DNA of 64,000 bases. It comes from Centroscyllium fabricii (taxonomy: Eukaryota). Below, piece after piece: positions 1-10,153 of the stretch. The DNA is taken from NCBI GenBank assembly GCA_051313645.2, contig JBNRSN020000005.1, forward strand, positions 49,910,001 through 49,974,000, read 5' to 3'. The position numbers and the translations under genes were made by a program. Below the pieces are notes generated by a model that was given only the letters and a program-made list of their open reading frames with translations, had not been told where the DNA came from and did not search any database. Position 1 is the first letter of the stretch. Each line of letters begins with the position of its first letter.

Positions 1-400
1 AATGGCAGCGGCAGCTGCGAAAACGCCGTCGGACCGAAAATGCTACTTCTGCGGCCAGGGACAGCACCCGCGAGCGAAATGCCCTGCGAGGACCGCGACC
101 TGTGAGAGATGTGGCAAGAGAGGACACTACGCCAGGGCCTGCAAATCGGCTCCAACGCCCAGCTCCAGACACAACAGCGTGGCCTGTGAGAGTTCCAACG
201 TCATCCCATGGCCTAAGGTAAGCTGCTGTTGCAGCGCGACCCAGCAGCGGTCCGGGGGTAGATCACAGGCGCCCCGTCTCCCACCCCTGTACGGCAGAGG
301 CCGGCCGCGCACACGGCACGAGCACTGCCACGCCAGAGACGGCCGCGGCCGGCCATGGGCGACCCCCCAACGCCGACACCTCGCCCGGCGCGGTCCGCTG

Positions 401-735
401 CGTGCGAATCACGGGCGCCGCCACCTCGGCCACCGCGGTCCACCACGTGCGAACCACGGGCACCGCCATCTCGTCCACCGTGGCCCGCCACGTGCGAACC
501 ACGGGCGCCGCCATCTTGTCTTCAGCGGCCAGCCATGTGCGACTCCCCGGCGCCGCCATCTTGTCTTCAGCGGCCAGCCATGTGCAACTCCCCGGCGCCG
601 CCATCTTGTGACCCCCGGCGCCGCCATCTTGTCTTCAACGGCCAGCCATGTGCGACCCTCCGGTGCCGCCATCTTGTCCACCGCGGTCGGCCGCGTGCGA
701 ACCACGGGCGCCGCCATCTTGTGCACGGCCCCAGC
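401..735 (+). repeat. 45-bp tandem array in the gag-protease linker of copy A, with GCCGCCATCTTG units
   Basis: Motif recurs at about 416, 461, 506, 551, 596, 619, 664 and 709; the first two are degenerate and one unit is shortened. Confidence 0.9.
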
Positions 736-3308
736 TAGCGGAGGGCCCCCACACACACACACACTTCGGCCTCAGCCATCATCGACCAGGCTAGACCGCA
801 CACCCTATCAAATTCCATGATGAGGATTAAAGTTAACGGTCACATCACAAACTGCCTGTTCGACACCGGAAGCACAGAGAGCTTCATTCACCCCGACACA
901 GTGCGGCGCTACGCACTGCGGACCCTGCCCATGCACTACCAAATCTCCCTTGCTTCAAAGTCCCACACGGCGGACGTCACCGGCTACTGCTCCGTCACGC
1001 TCATGGTCAGGGACTGCGTGTACCGTAATTTTAAACTGTACATCCTCCAGCAGTTGTGCGCCCCAGTCTTACTGGGACTGGATTTCCAGTGCCACCTGAA
1101 GAGCGTGACAATGGAGTTCGGCGGGACCCTGGCCCCCCTCACCGTCAGTAGCCGGGACAATCCCTTCCTAAAGCGGAGCCCGACTTGCGGCCTATCCACC
1201 CTGAAAGTCGACCCCCCCTCACTGTTCGCCAACCTCAACCCCAACTGCAAACCTATTGCTACCAAGAGTCGGCGTTACAGTGCGGGGGACCGGGCATTTA
1301 TCAGGTCGGAAGTCGGGCGTATGCTGCAGGAGGGGATAATTGAGGCCAGCACCAGCCCCTGGCGGGCCCAGGTTGTAGTGGTTAAGACTGGCGAGAAACT
1401 GCGGATGGTGATCGATTACAGCCAGACTATTAAGCGCTACACCGGGCTCGACGCCTACCCCCTCCCCGTATCTCGGACATGGTTAACAAGATCGCCCATA
1501 ACAAGGTCTTTTCAACAATCGACCTTAAGTCGGCGTATCACCAACTCCCGATCCGGAAAGCCAATCGCCAGTACACCGCCTTCGAGGCGATCGGTCGGAT
1601 CTACCACTTCCTCCGGGTCCCCTTCGGCGTGACCAACGGAGTGTCGGTGATCCAAAGGGAGATGGACCGTATGGTTGACCAGAACGGGTTGCAGGCCACC
1701 TTCCCCTACCTGGACATCGTGACCATCTGCGGCCATGACCAGCAGGACCACGATGCCAACCTGGCCAAATTTCTCCACACGGCGAAACGGCTCGATCTCA
1801 CTTACAATAAAGACAAGTGCATCTTTAGTACAGATCGGCTCGCCATCCTCGGATACGTGGTGGAAAACGGGGTCCTCGGCCCCGACCCACAGCGTATGCG
1901 CCCCTTACAGGAACTGCCCCTACCTCACAACCCCAAAGCCCTGAGGAGATGTCTGGGATTTTTCTCCTATTACGCGCAATGGGTTCCCCAGTTCGCGGAT
2001 AAGGCCAGACCGCTCCTCAAGGCTGCTGTCTTCCCCCTCTCGGTAGAAGCCCAAACGGCGTTCGCCCTGATTAAGGAAGATATTATCAAGGTGACCATGC
2101 ATGCCGTTGATGAGTCCATCCCTTTCCAGGTGGAGAGTGACGCTTCAGACTTTGCCCTTGCCACCACCCTGAATCAGGCAGGCAGGCCCGTAGCGTTTTT
2201 CTCCCGCACCCTACAGGGACCCGAAACTCGCCACTCTGCAGTGGAAAAGGAGGCCCAGGCCATCGTGGAGGCCGTGCGCTACTGGCGTCATTACCTGGCC
2301 GGTAAGCGTTTTACCCTGCTCACCGACCAACGGTCGGTCGCGTTTATGTTTAACAATAAAAAAAAAGGGGAAAATCAAGAATGATAAGATCCTGCGGTGG
2401 CGGATTGAACACTCGACTTACGAGTACGACATTCTTTACCGACCAGGCAAACTCAACGAACCCCCGGACGCACTGTCCAGGGGAACGTGCGCCAGTGCCC
2501 AGCTAGACCGGCTGAAGGAACTCCACGATCGCTTCTGCCACCCGGGTATCACCAGACTTGCCCATTTCGTTAAATCCCGTAGCCTCCCCTACTCCATCAC
2601 GGAGATCAAGGCTATGACCCGAGAGTGCCCTGTTTGCGCCGAGTGCAAACCCCAATTTTACAGGCCAGACACGGCGCACCTCATCAAGGCCACCCGACCC
2701 TTTGAACGTCTGAGCGTGGACTTCAAAGGCCCCCTCCCCTCCACCGACCGCAACTCGAACTTCCTCACGGTCGTGGATGAGTTCTCCCGCTTCCCCTTCG
2801 CTTTCCCCTGCCCAGATATGATGAGCGCAACGATGATAAGACACTTCACCACGCTGTTCGCCATTTTCGGTCTCCCCAGCTACATCCATAGCAACCGGGG
2901 GTCGTCGTTCATGAGCGACGAACTGCGTCAGTTTCTGCTTCAGAAAGGGGTTGCCTCAAGCAGAACGACCAGTTACAATCCCCGGGGGAACGGCCAGGTA
3001 GAAAGGGAAAATGGGATAATCTGGAAGGCGGTCAGCCTGGCCCTGAGGTCCAGAGGCCTTCCAGTGTCCCGTTGGCAGGTAGTCCTCCCAGACGCGCTTC
3101 ACTCCATCCGCTCTCTGCTGTGTACGGCTACAAACGCCACACCTCATGATTTATTATTTTCCTTCCCCAGGAAGTCGACTTCGGGGACGGCGCTTCCACC
3201 GTGGCTCACGATGCCGGGGCCGGTCTTACTTAGGAAACATGTCCGCGGCCATAAGACCGACCCCTGGTGGAAAAGGTGCAGCTGCTGCATGCCAACCCGC
3301 AGTATGCC

Positions 3309-3584
3309 TGACGTATCGTCAATTAACTCAATAAAGCCAAAGACGAGTAGTGACCTTAACTACAGGCTTTTATTGACTTACTTAGGAGCTATACTCCGAA
3401 CGAACAACAGGTACAGAATGAACGGGTCCGGTCAGTCCTCACCTATAAAGGGCCTCACCTGGGGGAGGAGTTAGAGGTGTGGCTGACCTGGCCCCACGAC
3501 AGTGTCGCAACATCTTACTATGTACAGTGGCAATATTGGCACCAATATTACAGTGGTAATTAATACATATATATGGTTACCACA
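3309..3584 (-). mobile_element. Solo LTR of a related Gypsy subfamily, nested antisense in the integrase of copy A
   Basis: Reverse complement reads TGTGGTAACC...CGATACGTCA, like the copy C LTR. 5-bp TSD ATGCC (3304-3308 / 3585-3589). Removing it restores ANPQYAYVQFPDGREDTV. Confidence 0.95.
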
Positions 3585-3990
3585 ATGCCTACGTGCAGTT
3601 CCCAGACGGGCGCGAGGACACAGTTTCCATCAGGGACCTAGCGCCCGCCGGGAGCACTAGAGCAGAGCCCCTGGTCGAGCCTCAGCCCGACCAGCCACCG
3701 CCTACAGAACACTGGCCGGCACACCAACCACCAGCTACCGAATACTGGCCTACACACACCGGGGCCCCCGACACTATCGGCTGATGACCCAGGACCGGAC
3801 GCCAAACCGCAGGCACGGTTGCCGGAGGACCCGACCCCGTTACCACAACCGGCACCAGCGCCGCTACCGGAACCCCGGCGGTCTTCACGGCAGACTCGAC
3901 CACCGGAGAGACTCATTGAGAACTGCTGATATGGACACATAAAACATTTTTTTTGCACTGATCGGCTCTGTTCCATTTAGAAGGGGTGAA

Positions 3991-4269
3991 TGTGGTAATC
4001 ATATTACCATTGTATAGTTGGGTCACACCACAGACCAGTACGTATAGTGGCTGGAGGTATTGTATATAGTATTGTATAGAACACTGTTGTAAGGTCAGGT
4101 CGGCCACACCTCTAACTCCTCCCCGCAGGTGAGGGCTTTATAGGTGAGGTCTGCCCTGCCCCCATTCATTCTGTACTCGATGTTCGACTGGAGACTAGCT
4201 CCATCTTTAAGTGATTAAAAGCCTATAGTTAAGGTAACTACTCGTCTTTGCATTATTGACGATACATCA
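3991..4269 (+). repeat. 3' LTR of copy A (279 bp)
   Basis: Follows the PPT; TGTGGTAATC...GATACATCA. TTTATAGG TATA-like box, TCATTCT Inr-like motif, ATTAAA. 3' half is homologous to the copy C LTR. Confidence 0.9.
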
Positions 4270-5195
4270 CTCCTCTCCCCCAGGACCATCCCCAGTGCTG
4301 CTCCTCTCCCCCAGGGCCATCCCCAGTGCTGCTCCTCTCCCCCAGGACCATCCCCAGTGCTGCTCCTCTCCCCCAGGACCATCCCCAGTGCTGATCCTCT
4401 CCCCAGGACCATCCCCAGTGCTGCTCCTCTCCCCAGGACCATCTCCAGTGCTTCTCCTCTCCCCAGGACCATCCCCAGTGCTGCACCTCTCCCCCAGGAC
4501 CATCCCCAGTGCTGCTCCTCTCCCCAGGACCATCCCCAGTGCTGCTCCTCTCCCCAGGACCATCCCCAGTGCTGCTCCTCTCCCCAGGACCATCCCCAGT
4601 GCTTCTCCTCTCCCCAGGACCATCCCCAGTGCTGCTCCTCTCCCCAGGACCATACCCAGTGCTGCTCTCCTCCCCAGGACCATCCCCAGTGCTGCTCCTC
4701 TCCCCAGGACCATCCCCAGTGCTTCTCCTCTCCCCAGGACCATCCCCAGTGCTGCTCCTCTCCCCAGGACCATCCCCAATGCTGCTCCTCTCCCCAGGAC
4801 CATCCCCAGTGCTGCTCCTCTCCCCAGGACCATCCCCAGTGCTGCTCCTCTCCCCCAGGACCATCCCCAGTGCTGCTCCTCTCCCCAGGACCATCCCCAG
4901 TGCTGCTCCTCTCCCCAGGACCATCCCAAGTGCGGCTTCTCTCCTCAAAGGAGCACCTGTGCAGATTCTCTTCCCAGCTGAGTTCCAGTGCTCTTTGCAG
5001 TCAGTCTTTGATGCTGCTCCCCTCACTAAACGACTCCCTCTTTCTGCTCCTTTCACTGAGTCAGTCCTCCATGTTATTCTTTTCCTCGAGTGAGTCTCCA
5101 GAATTGCTCCTCTCCCTGAGTCAGTCCCTGATGTTGCTCCTCTCTCCAGGTGAGTTCCTGATGCTGCTTTTCTCCCTGAGTCAGGCCCTGATGCA
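4270..5195. repeat. 30-31 bp minisatellite (CCCCAGGACCATCCCCAGTGCTGCTCCTCT), about 22 copies to ~4930, then a degenerate tail
   Basis: Units visible directly; explains the repetitive ORFs in both directions. Confidence 0.95.
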
Positions 5196-5721
5196 GTCCT
5201 TAATACATCTTCTACCCTTGAACCCCCACAGTGTTTCAAACTATGCAAAAGACAGATGCAATATGACTAAGGTGCCTCAGTTAAATGTCTCATCCAAGTT
5301 ATGGCAGTCCCGACAATACATCCTTGGAGTGTTAGCATAGATCATATGCTCAAATCCTGGACTGGAGCTTGAAATGTTGACTCAGGTGAGAGTTCTACCA
5401 ACTGAGCCATGCTGAAAGAATTTGGCAAGATCCCAGGTCGGCTGTTACAGCACACGTTTTCATTGCAATAGCTGATTTGCTATCCAAGATGAAAGTATGC
5501 AAATGTTTAATCACAGTGCAGACATCTGCCGACATCAGTGTACTGTTATTTTAAGGATTACATCCCAAACCAATTGTTCTTGAGTTTGGCTCACTCTATT
5601 AGTACAAATCATGTTCTCCAGGCAGTTTTCAATGTTTTGAATACACAATACGAACCACAGCTTCCTGTGCAGCACTAAGAGCGGTGAAAGATGAGATATT
5701 CACAGGACTGTAAATGCCGAC

Positions 5722-5970
5722 TGTAACCGTCAATAACGTCTTCGGAGTCGAATAGTTGGTTATAATAATCAGGCTTTTATTAACTTCGTTGGAGATACAC
5801 AACCGAGCTGACTGTCCCCAGAATGGCGCGGGGGATGGGGACAGTCCTTTATGTACCTCCTCCGGCGGGGGAGGAGTCATGGGCGGTGCCAGGTATCATA
5901 CAGGTGTTACATGGTATTACAGTGCTATACAGGTGTTACATGGTATTACAGTGATATACAGTTTATCACA
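5722..5970 (-). repeat. 3' LTR of copy B
   Basis: Matches 10154-10402. Contains a ~29-bp U3 tandem duplication and an 11-bp inverted repeat (5810-5820 / 5836-5846). Confidence 0.97.
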
Positions 5971-6099
5971 TTCACCCCTTCTTTAAAAACTAAAGTACGG
6001 TGGGGTGAACAACTCGCGGGGGGGTACAAAAAGGGAAAAGAAAAACAACTAATTACACTGTGCTAAATAACGAAATATATACAATTAACGTTCTTTTGA

Positions 6100-9000
6100 C
6101 TATATGTTCAGTCTTTCAGGCGGTTTCGTCGTCCGCGCTGATCTTCGTAGCGCTGGTGGTGCCTGTGGTGTTCGTTGTCGTTGAGTGGCTCGCCGTGCTG
6201 GCAGTGCCTGTGGTGTTCGTTGTCGTGGGGTGGCTGGTTGCGTCGTTTGTTCCTTTTCTGCTGGTTGGCCGGTGGTGGTTATGTCACTTCCGGGTGGCGG
6301 TGATGCCCTTATTTCGACAGCAGGTGGCGCGCTCTCTCTTTCGTCCTCTGGCTCTGGGGGGAGCGCATTGTGGATCCAGGCTTGGGGCTGGGTCGTGCTG
6401 CGCGCAGGTGCCTTGTGGACATACTGGGGTACTGGGCCCACGTGGCGGAGCTCGTACTTCGGCTTCGGTGGCTCGGGGGGGGTCACTGGGGGTTTTGGGA
6501 GCTCGGGCTGCCTGGCTGGGCTGGTTTTGGGGATCCCTGCTGGGGCTAGGTCCTTTATGGACACGGTGTCCTCCCTCCCGTTGGGGTACGCTATGTACGC
6601 GTACTGGGGATTGGCGTGCAGGAGGTGGACCCGTTCGACTAGGGGGTCTGCTTTGTGTCCCCTCACATGCTTCCGCAGCAGAACCGGTCCCGGAGATAGC
6701 AGCCACGATGGTAGCGAGGTCCCGGAAGCTGACTTCCTGGGGAAGGCAAAAAGTCTTTCGTGAGGGGTGGTGTTAGTGGCAGTACACAATAGGGACCGGA
6801 TAGAGTGGAGTGCTTCAGGGAGAACGTCCTGCCATCGGGTGACTGGGAGGTCTTTTGACTTTAGGGCTAACTGGATGGCCTTCCAAACCGTGGCGTTCTC
6901 TCTCTCTACCTGCCCGTTCCCCCGGGGGTTGTAGCTGGTGGTCCTGCTGGTTGCAATACCTTTCGCCAGCAGGTACTGACGCAGCTCGTCGCTCATAAAA
7001 GAGGCCCCCCGGTCACTGTGGATATAGTTCGGGTACCCGAACAGGGAGAAGATGCTACTGAGGGCTTTGATAACAGTGGCGGAGGTCATGTCCTGGCAGG
7101 GGATGGCGAAAGGGAAACGGGAGTACTCATCTATAACGTTGAGGAAATAGACGTTCCTGTTGGCTGAGGGAAGGGGCCCTTTAAAATCGACACTGAGTCG
7201 TTCAAAGGGGCGAGTGGCCTTGATTAGGTGCGCCCGGTCTGGCCGGTAGAAGTGCGGCTTGCACTCCGCGCAGACCTGGCAGTTGCTAGTCATGGTCTTG
7301 ACTTCTTCGATGGAGTAGGGGAGGTTGCGGGACTTCACGAAGTGAACCAACCTAGTGACCCCCGGGTGGCAGAGGTCGTTGTGAAGGGTTAGGAGACGGT
7401 CAGCCTGTGCGCTGGCACAGGTACCGCGGGATAGGGCATCTGGGGGTTCGTTAAATTTCCCGGGCCGATACAAAATATCATAATTGAACGCTGATAGTTC
7501 AATTCTCCACCTTAATATTTTGTCGTTCTTAATCTTACCCCGCTCTTTGTTGTTGAACATAAAAGCGACTGAGCGTTGGTCAGTCAACAGGGTAAAACGC
7601 TTTCCGGCCAGGTAGTGCTTCCAGTGCCGCACTGCTTCAACAATTGCTTGGGCCTCCTTTTCGATTGAGGAATGGCGGGTTTCTGGGCCTTGGAGGGTAC
7701 GTGAAAAGAAGGCCACGGGTCTGCCCGCCTGGTTAAGGGTGGCGGCCAGTGCAAAGTCAGATGCATCACTTTCCACTTGGAATGGGACGGACTCATCCAC
7801 AGCGTGCATCGTGGCTTTGGCTATGTCCTTTTTTATTCCGCAGAATGCCGAGTTGGCTTCTGCAGAAAGTGGGAAAGAGGTTGATTTTAATAGTGGGCGA
7901 GCTTTGTCCGCATAATTGGGGACCCACTGGGCATAATAAGCAAAAAATCCCAAAATCCGTTTAAGAGATTTGGGGGAGTGGGGGAGGGGAAGCTCCATGA
8001 GGGGGCGCATGCGGTCCGGGTCTGGACCGATGACTCCATTTTCCACCACGTTGCCGAGGATGGCGAGGCGCCCGGTGTTAAACACACATTTCTCCTTATT
8101 ATACGTGAGGTTCAGGGTTTTGGCGGTGTGGAGAAATTTTTGGAGATTGGCGTCATGGTCCTGCTGGTCATGGCCGCAGATGGTCACATTATCGAGGTAC
8201 GGGAAGGTCGCTCGCAGCCTGTACCGATCGACCATTCGGTCCATCTCCCTTTGGAAGACCGAGACCCCGTTCGTGACTCCGAACGGCACCCTAAGGAAGT
8301 GGTAGAGGCGGCCGTCAGCCTCGAAAGCAGTATAGAGACGGTCCTGTGAGCGGATGGGGAGCTGGTGATAAGCAGATTTTAAATCGATGGTAGAGAACAC
8401 TTTAAATTGGGCGATTTGGTTTACCATGTCCGCTATCCGGGGGAGGGGGTAGGCATCTAGTTGGGTGAACCGGTTTATGGTCTGGCTGTAATCCACTACC
8501 ATCCTATTCTTTTCCCCGGTTTTCACCACGACTACCTGTGCTCTCCAGGGGCTGTTGCTAGCCTCTATGACCCCTTCTTTTAGGAGGCGCTGCACCTCAG
8601 ATTTTATAAATGCCCTGTCCCCAGCACTGTAGCGCCTACTCTTGGTGGCGACGGGCTTACAGTCTGGGGTGAGGTTAGCAAAAAGGGATGGAGGGGTAAC
8701 CTTAAGGGTTGAGAGACCGCAGGTAGTATACTGGGGGTTCCGCTTTGAGTCGCGGTTTGTGACCGTGAGGGGAGGGAGGGGTCCACCGAAAGCCATCGTA
8801 ACGCTCTGAAGGTGGCACTGGAAATCCAGTCCCAGGAGTAGGGGGGCGCAGAGCTGCGGCAGCACGTAAAAACTAAACTTGTTAAAGATAGCCCCCTTTA
8901 CGTTTAGCGTTACACTACAGCGCCCGGTGACATCAGCGGATTCCGATTTTGACGCCATAGATATTCTCTGGCGCGCAGGGATTACTTTAAGGGAGAGGCG

Positions 9001-10134
9001 CTTAACAGTATTCTGATGTACAAAACTTACTGTGCTCCCGCTGTCGAACAGGCACACCACCTCTTCACCGTTAACTTCCACCGGCATCATTGATCTCCCC
9101 AGTGGCTGGATTGTCTTCTGATCTAGGCTCATAGATGCTAGTACTGGGTCCTCCCCAAAATCTTGATCCGGAGAGTAGTTATCTCGGTCTGGATAGTAGT
9201 GATTTTGATCCGGGGAGTAGTCCTCCAGGTCAGTTTCCTGGGATGGCTGCCTCCATGTGCTCTGCTGTTGGGTGGGGGATGGGTGCTGCTGCAGCCTTGA
9301 GCTTGAGTGCTGCTGGTTGGGGGATGGGCGAGGCCGATTTTGCAGCTCCCTTGTTCCACAGGCAGCACTGTCCAGTCTTGGTTTAACATATGGGCCTTTG
9401 CAGACCTTTGCATAGTGCCCCTTTTTGTCGCACTTGGAGCAGATTGCTTCTCTGGCGGGGCAGCTACGTCTTTGATGCTGTGGTTGTCCACAGAAGTAAC
9501 ATTTCGCTTTAGCGTGGGCCGCTGTGAGAAGTTCCTCTGACGGTCTCTGCCCCCGCACTGTCCAAGATTGCGGGGCTGGGCCCGTATAGTTAGTAGAATA
9601 CGATGATAAATCTGTAGAGGCGCTGTCTAGCGCGTGTCCCAAATCGACAGTGGCCTGTAAGTCCTGGCCATTTTGTTCTAATAGTCTTTGCCTAGCATAG
9701 TCCGATTTTAGGCCTGTTACATAGGCATCCCTGATGAGACTCTCCATATGTACTAGGGCCGTTTGTGCTCTGCAGTCACAGTCCCGTGCCAGGGTTCTGA
9801 GGGCTCTTAGGAACTGCACACTTGATTCGTTGTCCTGCTGTTTTCGGGTGGCCAGTATGTGTCTCGCGTGGACTCTGTTTGGCGCCCGATTGTATTCCCC
9901 GTCGAGGGTCCTGAGGGCTTCGTTAAATGATGAGGCGTCCACGATCATCGAGTATACTTGCGGGCCCACCCGGGCGTGGAGGAGCCGTCGTTTTTGCTCC
10001 TCGGTCATTATGTCCGTTGCGTTGGCTCTAATGTATCCTTCCAATACATTTCGCCAGTGTGAGAAGGCATTGGATGCTCCAGGAGATCGGGGGTCAACCT
10101 CGAACACTGATGGTTTCAACATTGCAGTATCCAT
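6100..10134 (-). CDS. Gag-Pol polyprotein (1344 aa): Gag with 2 CCHC knuckles, aspartic protease, RT, RNase H, integrase
   Basis: CYFCGQPQHQRRSC and CSKCDKKGHYAKVC; LFDSGS; IDLKSAYHQ...PFG...YLDN; VESDASD; H-H-C-C (HNDLCH...CQVC); D-D-E (SVDFKG, HSDRG, VERENA). No chromodomain and no env seen. Confidence 0.97.
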   Translation of the reverse strand: MDTAMLKPSVFEVDPRSPGASNAFSHWRNVLEGYIRANATDIMTEEQKRRLLHARVGPQVYSMIVDASSFNEALRTLDGEYNRAPNRVHARHILATRKQQDNESSVQFLRALRTLARDCDCRAQTALVHMESLIRDAYVTGLKSDYARQRLLEQNGQDLQATVDLGHALDSASTDLSSYSTNYTGPAPQSWTVRGQRPSEELLTAAHAKAKCYFCGQPQHQRRSCPAREAICSKCDKKGHYAKVCKGPYVKPRLDSAACGTRELQNRPRPSPNQQHSSSRLQQHPSPTQQQSTWRQPSQETDLEDYSPDQNHYYPDRDNYSPDQDFGEDPVLASMSLDQKTIQPLGRSMMPVEVNGEEVVCLFDSGSTVSFVHQNTVKRLSLKVIPARQRISMASKSESADVTGRCSVTLNVKGAIFNKFSFYVLPQLCAPLLLGLDFQCHLQSVTMAFGGPLPPLTVTNRDSKRNPQYTTCGLSTLKVTPPSLFANLTPDCKPVATKSRRYSAGDRAFIKSEVQRLLKEGVIEASNSPWRAQVVVVKTGEKNRMVVDYSQTINRFTQLDAYPLPRIADMVNQIAQFKVFSTIDLKSAYHQLPIRSQDRLYTAFEADGRLYHFLRVPFGVTNGVSVFQREMDRMVDRYRLRATFPYLDNVTICGHDQQDHDANLQKFLHTAKTLNLTYNKEKCVFNTGRLAILGNVVENGVIGPDPDRMRPLMELPLPHSPKSLKRILGFFAYYAQWVPNYADKARPLLKSTSFPLSAEANSAFCGIKKDIAKATMHAVDESVPFQVESDASDFALAATLNQAGRPVAFFSRTLQGPETRHSSIEKEAQAIVEAVRHWKHYLAGKRFTLLTDQRSVAFMFNNKERGKIKNDKILRWRIELSAFNYDILYRPGKFNEPPDALSRGTCASAQADRLLTLHNDLCHPGVTRLVHFVKSRNLPYSIEEVKTMTSNCQVCAECKPHFYRPDRAHLIKATRPFERLSVDFKGPLPSANRNVYFLNVIDEYSRFPFAIPCQDMTSATVIKALSSIFSLFGYPNYIHSDRGASFMSDELRQYLLAKGIATSRTTSYNPRGNGQVERENATVWKAIQLALKSKDLPVTRWQDVLPEALHSIRSLLCTATNTTPHERLFAFPRKSASGTSLPSWLLSPGPVLLRKHVRGHKADPLVERVHLLHANPQYAYIAYPNGREDTVSIKDLAPAGIPKTSPARQPELPKPPVTPPEPPKPKYELRHVGPVPQYVHKAPARSTTQPQAWIHNALPPEPEDERESAPPAVEIRASPPPGSDITTTGQPAEKEQTTQPATPRQRTPQALPARRATQRQRTPQAPPALRRSARTTKPPERLNI

Positions 10135-10139
10135 TTCAA

Positions 10140-10152
10140 GAAGTTAATAAAA
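10140..10152 (-). promoter_or_regulatory. Non-tRNA PBS-position element of copy B (TTTTATTAACTTC), complementary to LTR 10207-10219
   Basis: 13/13 reverse-complement match to GAAGTTAATAAAA in its own LTR; 1 nt from the LTR end. Function is inferred. Confidence 0.8.
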
Positions 10153-10153
10153 T

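Larger units (their letters stand above)
2..3928 (+). pseudogene. Disrupted gag-pol of Gypsy copy A
   Basis: Split across ORFs 2-820, 817-1632, 1479-2384, 2614-~3300 and 3593-. Frameshifts near 610, 1465, 2365 and 3262. RT motif reads YLDI and integrase reads HSNRG (D>N). Interrupted by a solo LTR. Confidence 0.9.
1..4269 (+). mobile_element. Ty3/Gypsy LTR retrotransposon copy A (5' part outside window; decayed)
   Basis: Two CCHC knuckles (CYFCGQGQHPRAKC, CERCGKRGHYARAC), protease LFDTGS, RT (SPWRAQVVVV...), RNase H (VESDASD), integrase (VDFKG...VERENG). PPT AGAAGGGGTGAA 3979-3990; 3' LTR TG...CA 3991-4269. Confidence 0.95.

Noticed and set aside
4215-5340. Long ORFs (up to 331 aa) in several frames
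   Set aside because: Artefacts of a stop-free 30-bp minisatellite.
6060-6776. Hydrophobic 238-aa + strand ORF as a possible env or antisense accessory gene of copy B
   Set aside because: It is the antisense shadow of the Pro/Gln/Thr-rich integrase tail, begins at a non-ATG codon, and has no counterpart in copies A or C.
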